NCBI GenBank assembly: GCA_030248215.1
Contig: JASANG010002570.1
Location: 434,001-454,915, forward strand
Length of the DNA stretch: 20,915 nt
Direction of reading: 5' to 3'
Source: Enoplolaimus lenunculus
Taxonomy: Eukaryota
Positions 20,179 through 20,915 of the stretch are shown here, piece by piece. The notes under the pieces are model-generated. The model made no database searches and was not told the DNA's origin. It was given only the letters and a program-made list of their open reading frames with translations. Position 1 is the stretch's first letter; every line of letters begins with the position of its first letter. The position numbers and the translations under genes are program-made.

Positions 20179-20580
20179 CAGGGTGCAACCGGAATTCCGG
20201 TTCCCGCATTTTTTCACCTTTCAGATCCGGTAGCTTTTTACCGGAATGTAAAATTCCGGTATTAAAATTTGGTTGGTGGAAATTAAGATATTTTACTAAA
20301 CAATGACGTTAAAAATTGAACAGATTTCATTAGTATACTATGCAAACCTTGACAACGCCGAAAATAAACCATCTAAGTCAGATTTCGCTTCGATGGATTA
20401 TGTAAATCTAAAATACAGCAGATAAAGTGAATGCTTATCTCCAACTTGGGTTTTATCACCAATAATATTGTAAAAAACAAAATTAAAATTCATTTTTCGG
20501 TGGCATGTATTTTTTATTTTCCGTTTCCGGTAATTTTTTCAAATTTCGGTTCCGGTAAATTGTAATTCCGGTTGCACGCG
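20179..20580 (+). mobile_element. hAT-type MITE, second near-complete copy
   Basis: CAGGGTGCAACCGGAATTCCGG ... AATTCCGGTTGCAC; colinear with 19720-20054. No TSD recognised. Confidence 0.8.
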
Positions 20581-20717
20581 GCGTATCATATATACATGTA
20601 ACGGTAAAGTCAACCAGCGCGGACCAAACGCCACGCGGAAAGGTGGCACGATCCTAAACACAGTGGATCTGTAACTACATAGTGTATAATTGCAAAGTGG
20701 CACTGTATGTTGCGCAG

Positions 20718-20876
20718 GTGCAGCAACATAAAGGACAAAAACAACAACAACAACAAACAGAACACAAACAACAAGGATTGCCAGAACGAAGTAGCACGCA
20801 GGGTGCAACATTGTGCGATTCCGGAAAGGAAACGATGCCTTTGGTGTTGTCGCCAGAACTGAACCAGATCGAATCT
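20718..20876 (+). CDS. CTTNBP2: CTTNBP2-family protein, probable exon 10 (Gln-rich); gene likely continues beyond the window
   Basis: GCGCAG acceptor (phase 0). VQQHKGQKQQQQQTEH...PLVLSPELNQIES. GTTAGT donor at 20877, with an alternative at 20881. Confidence 0.6.
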
Positions 20877-20915
20877 GTTAGTTAGTTCATTGATGACTGC
20901 AAGTGGGAGAGGTAA

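Noticed and set aside
19819..20811. ORFs of 102, 65 and 90 aa
   Set aside because: They overlap MITE copies or are antisense to the Gln-rich exon.
20799..20825. CAGGGTGCAAC MITE-like terminus inside exon 10
   Set aside because: Only an 11-bp match with no further family similarity; insufficient to claim exonisation.

Overview
AT-rich eukaryotic (invertebrate-like animal) genomic DNA with two divergently transcribed, intron-containing genes. On the minus strand is a Jun/AP-1 family gene (exons 2338-2164 and 1632 to the window edge; missing from the ORF track). It has an unusually long low-complexity linker, and its bZIP is not inside the window. On the plus strand is a CTTNBP2/CTTNBP2NL (Nausicaa-like) gene with 10 phase-consistent exons from 6909 to 20876. 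The intergenic region and introns hold many non-autonomous elements: a decayed CR1/L2-type LINE RT fragment, a complete non-autonomous Helitron, several hAT-type MITEs with near-perfect 8-bp TSDs, an unclassified TIR element and a 21-bp tandem array. The most notable feature is a complete 580-bp TRIM-type LTR element (4661-5240; 5-bp TSD, PBS, PPT). Each of its LTRs carries a 72-nt tRNA-Pro-like Pol III unit, and the PBS is also tRNA-Pro-type. This resembles a tRNA-carrying counterpart of the 5S-carrying plant Cassandra TRIMs. All comparisons to reference sequences were made by eye from memory; no searches were run.
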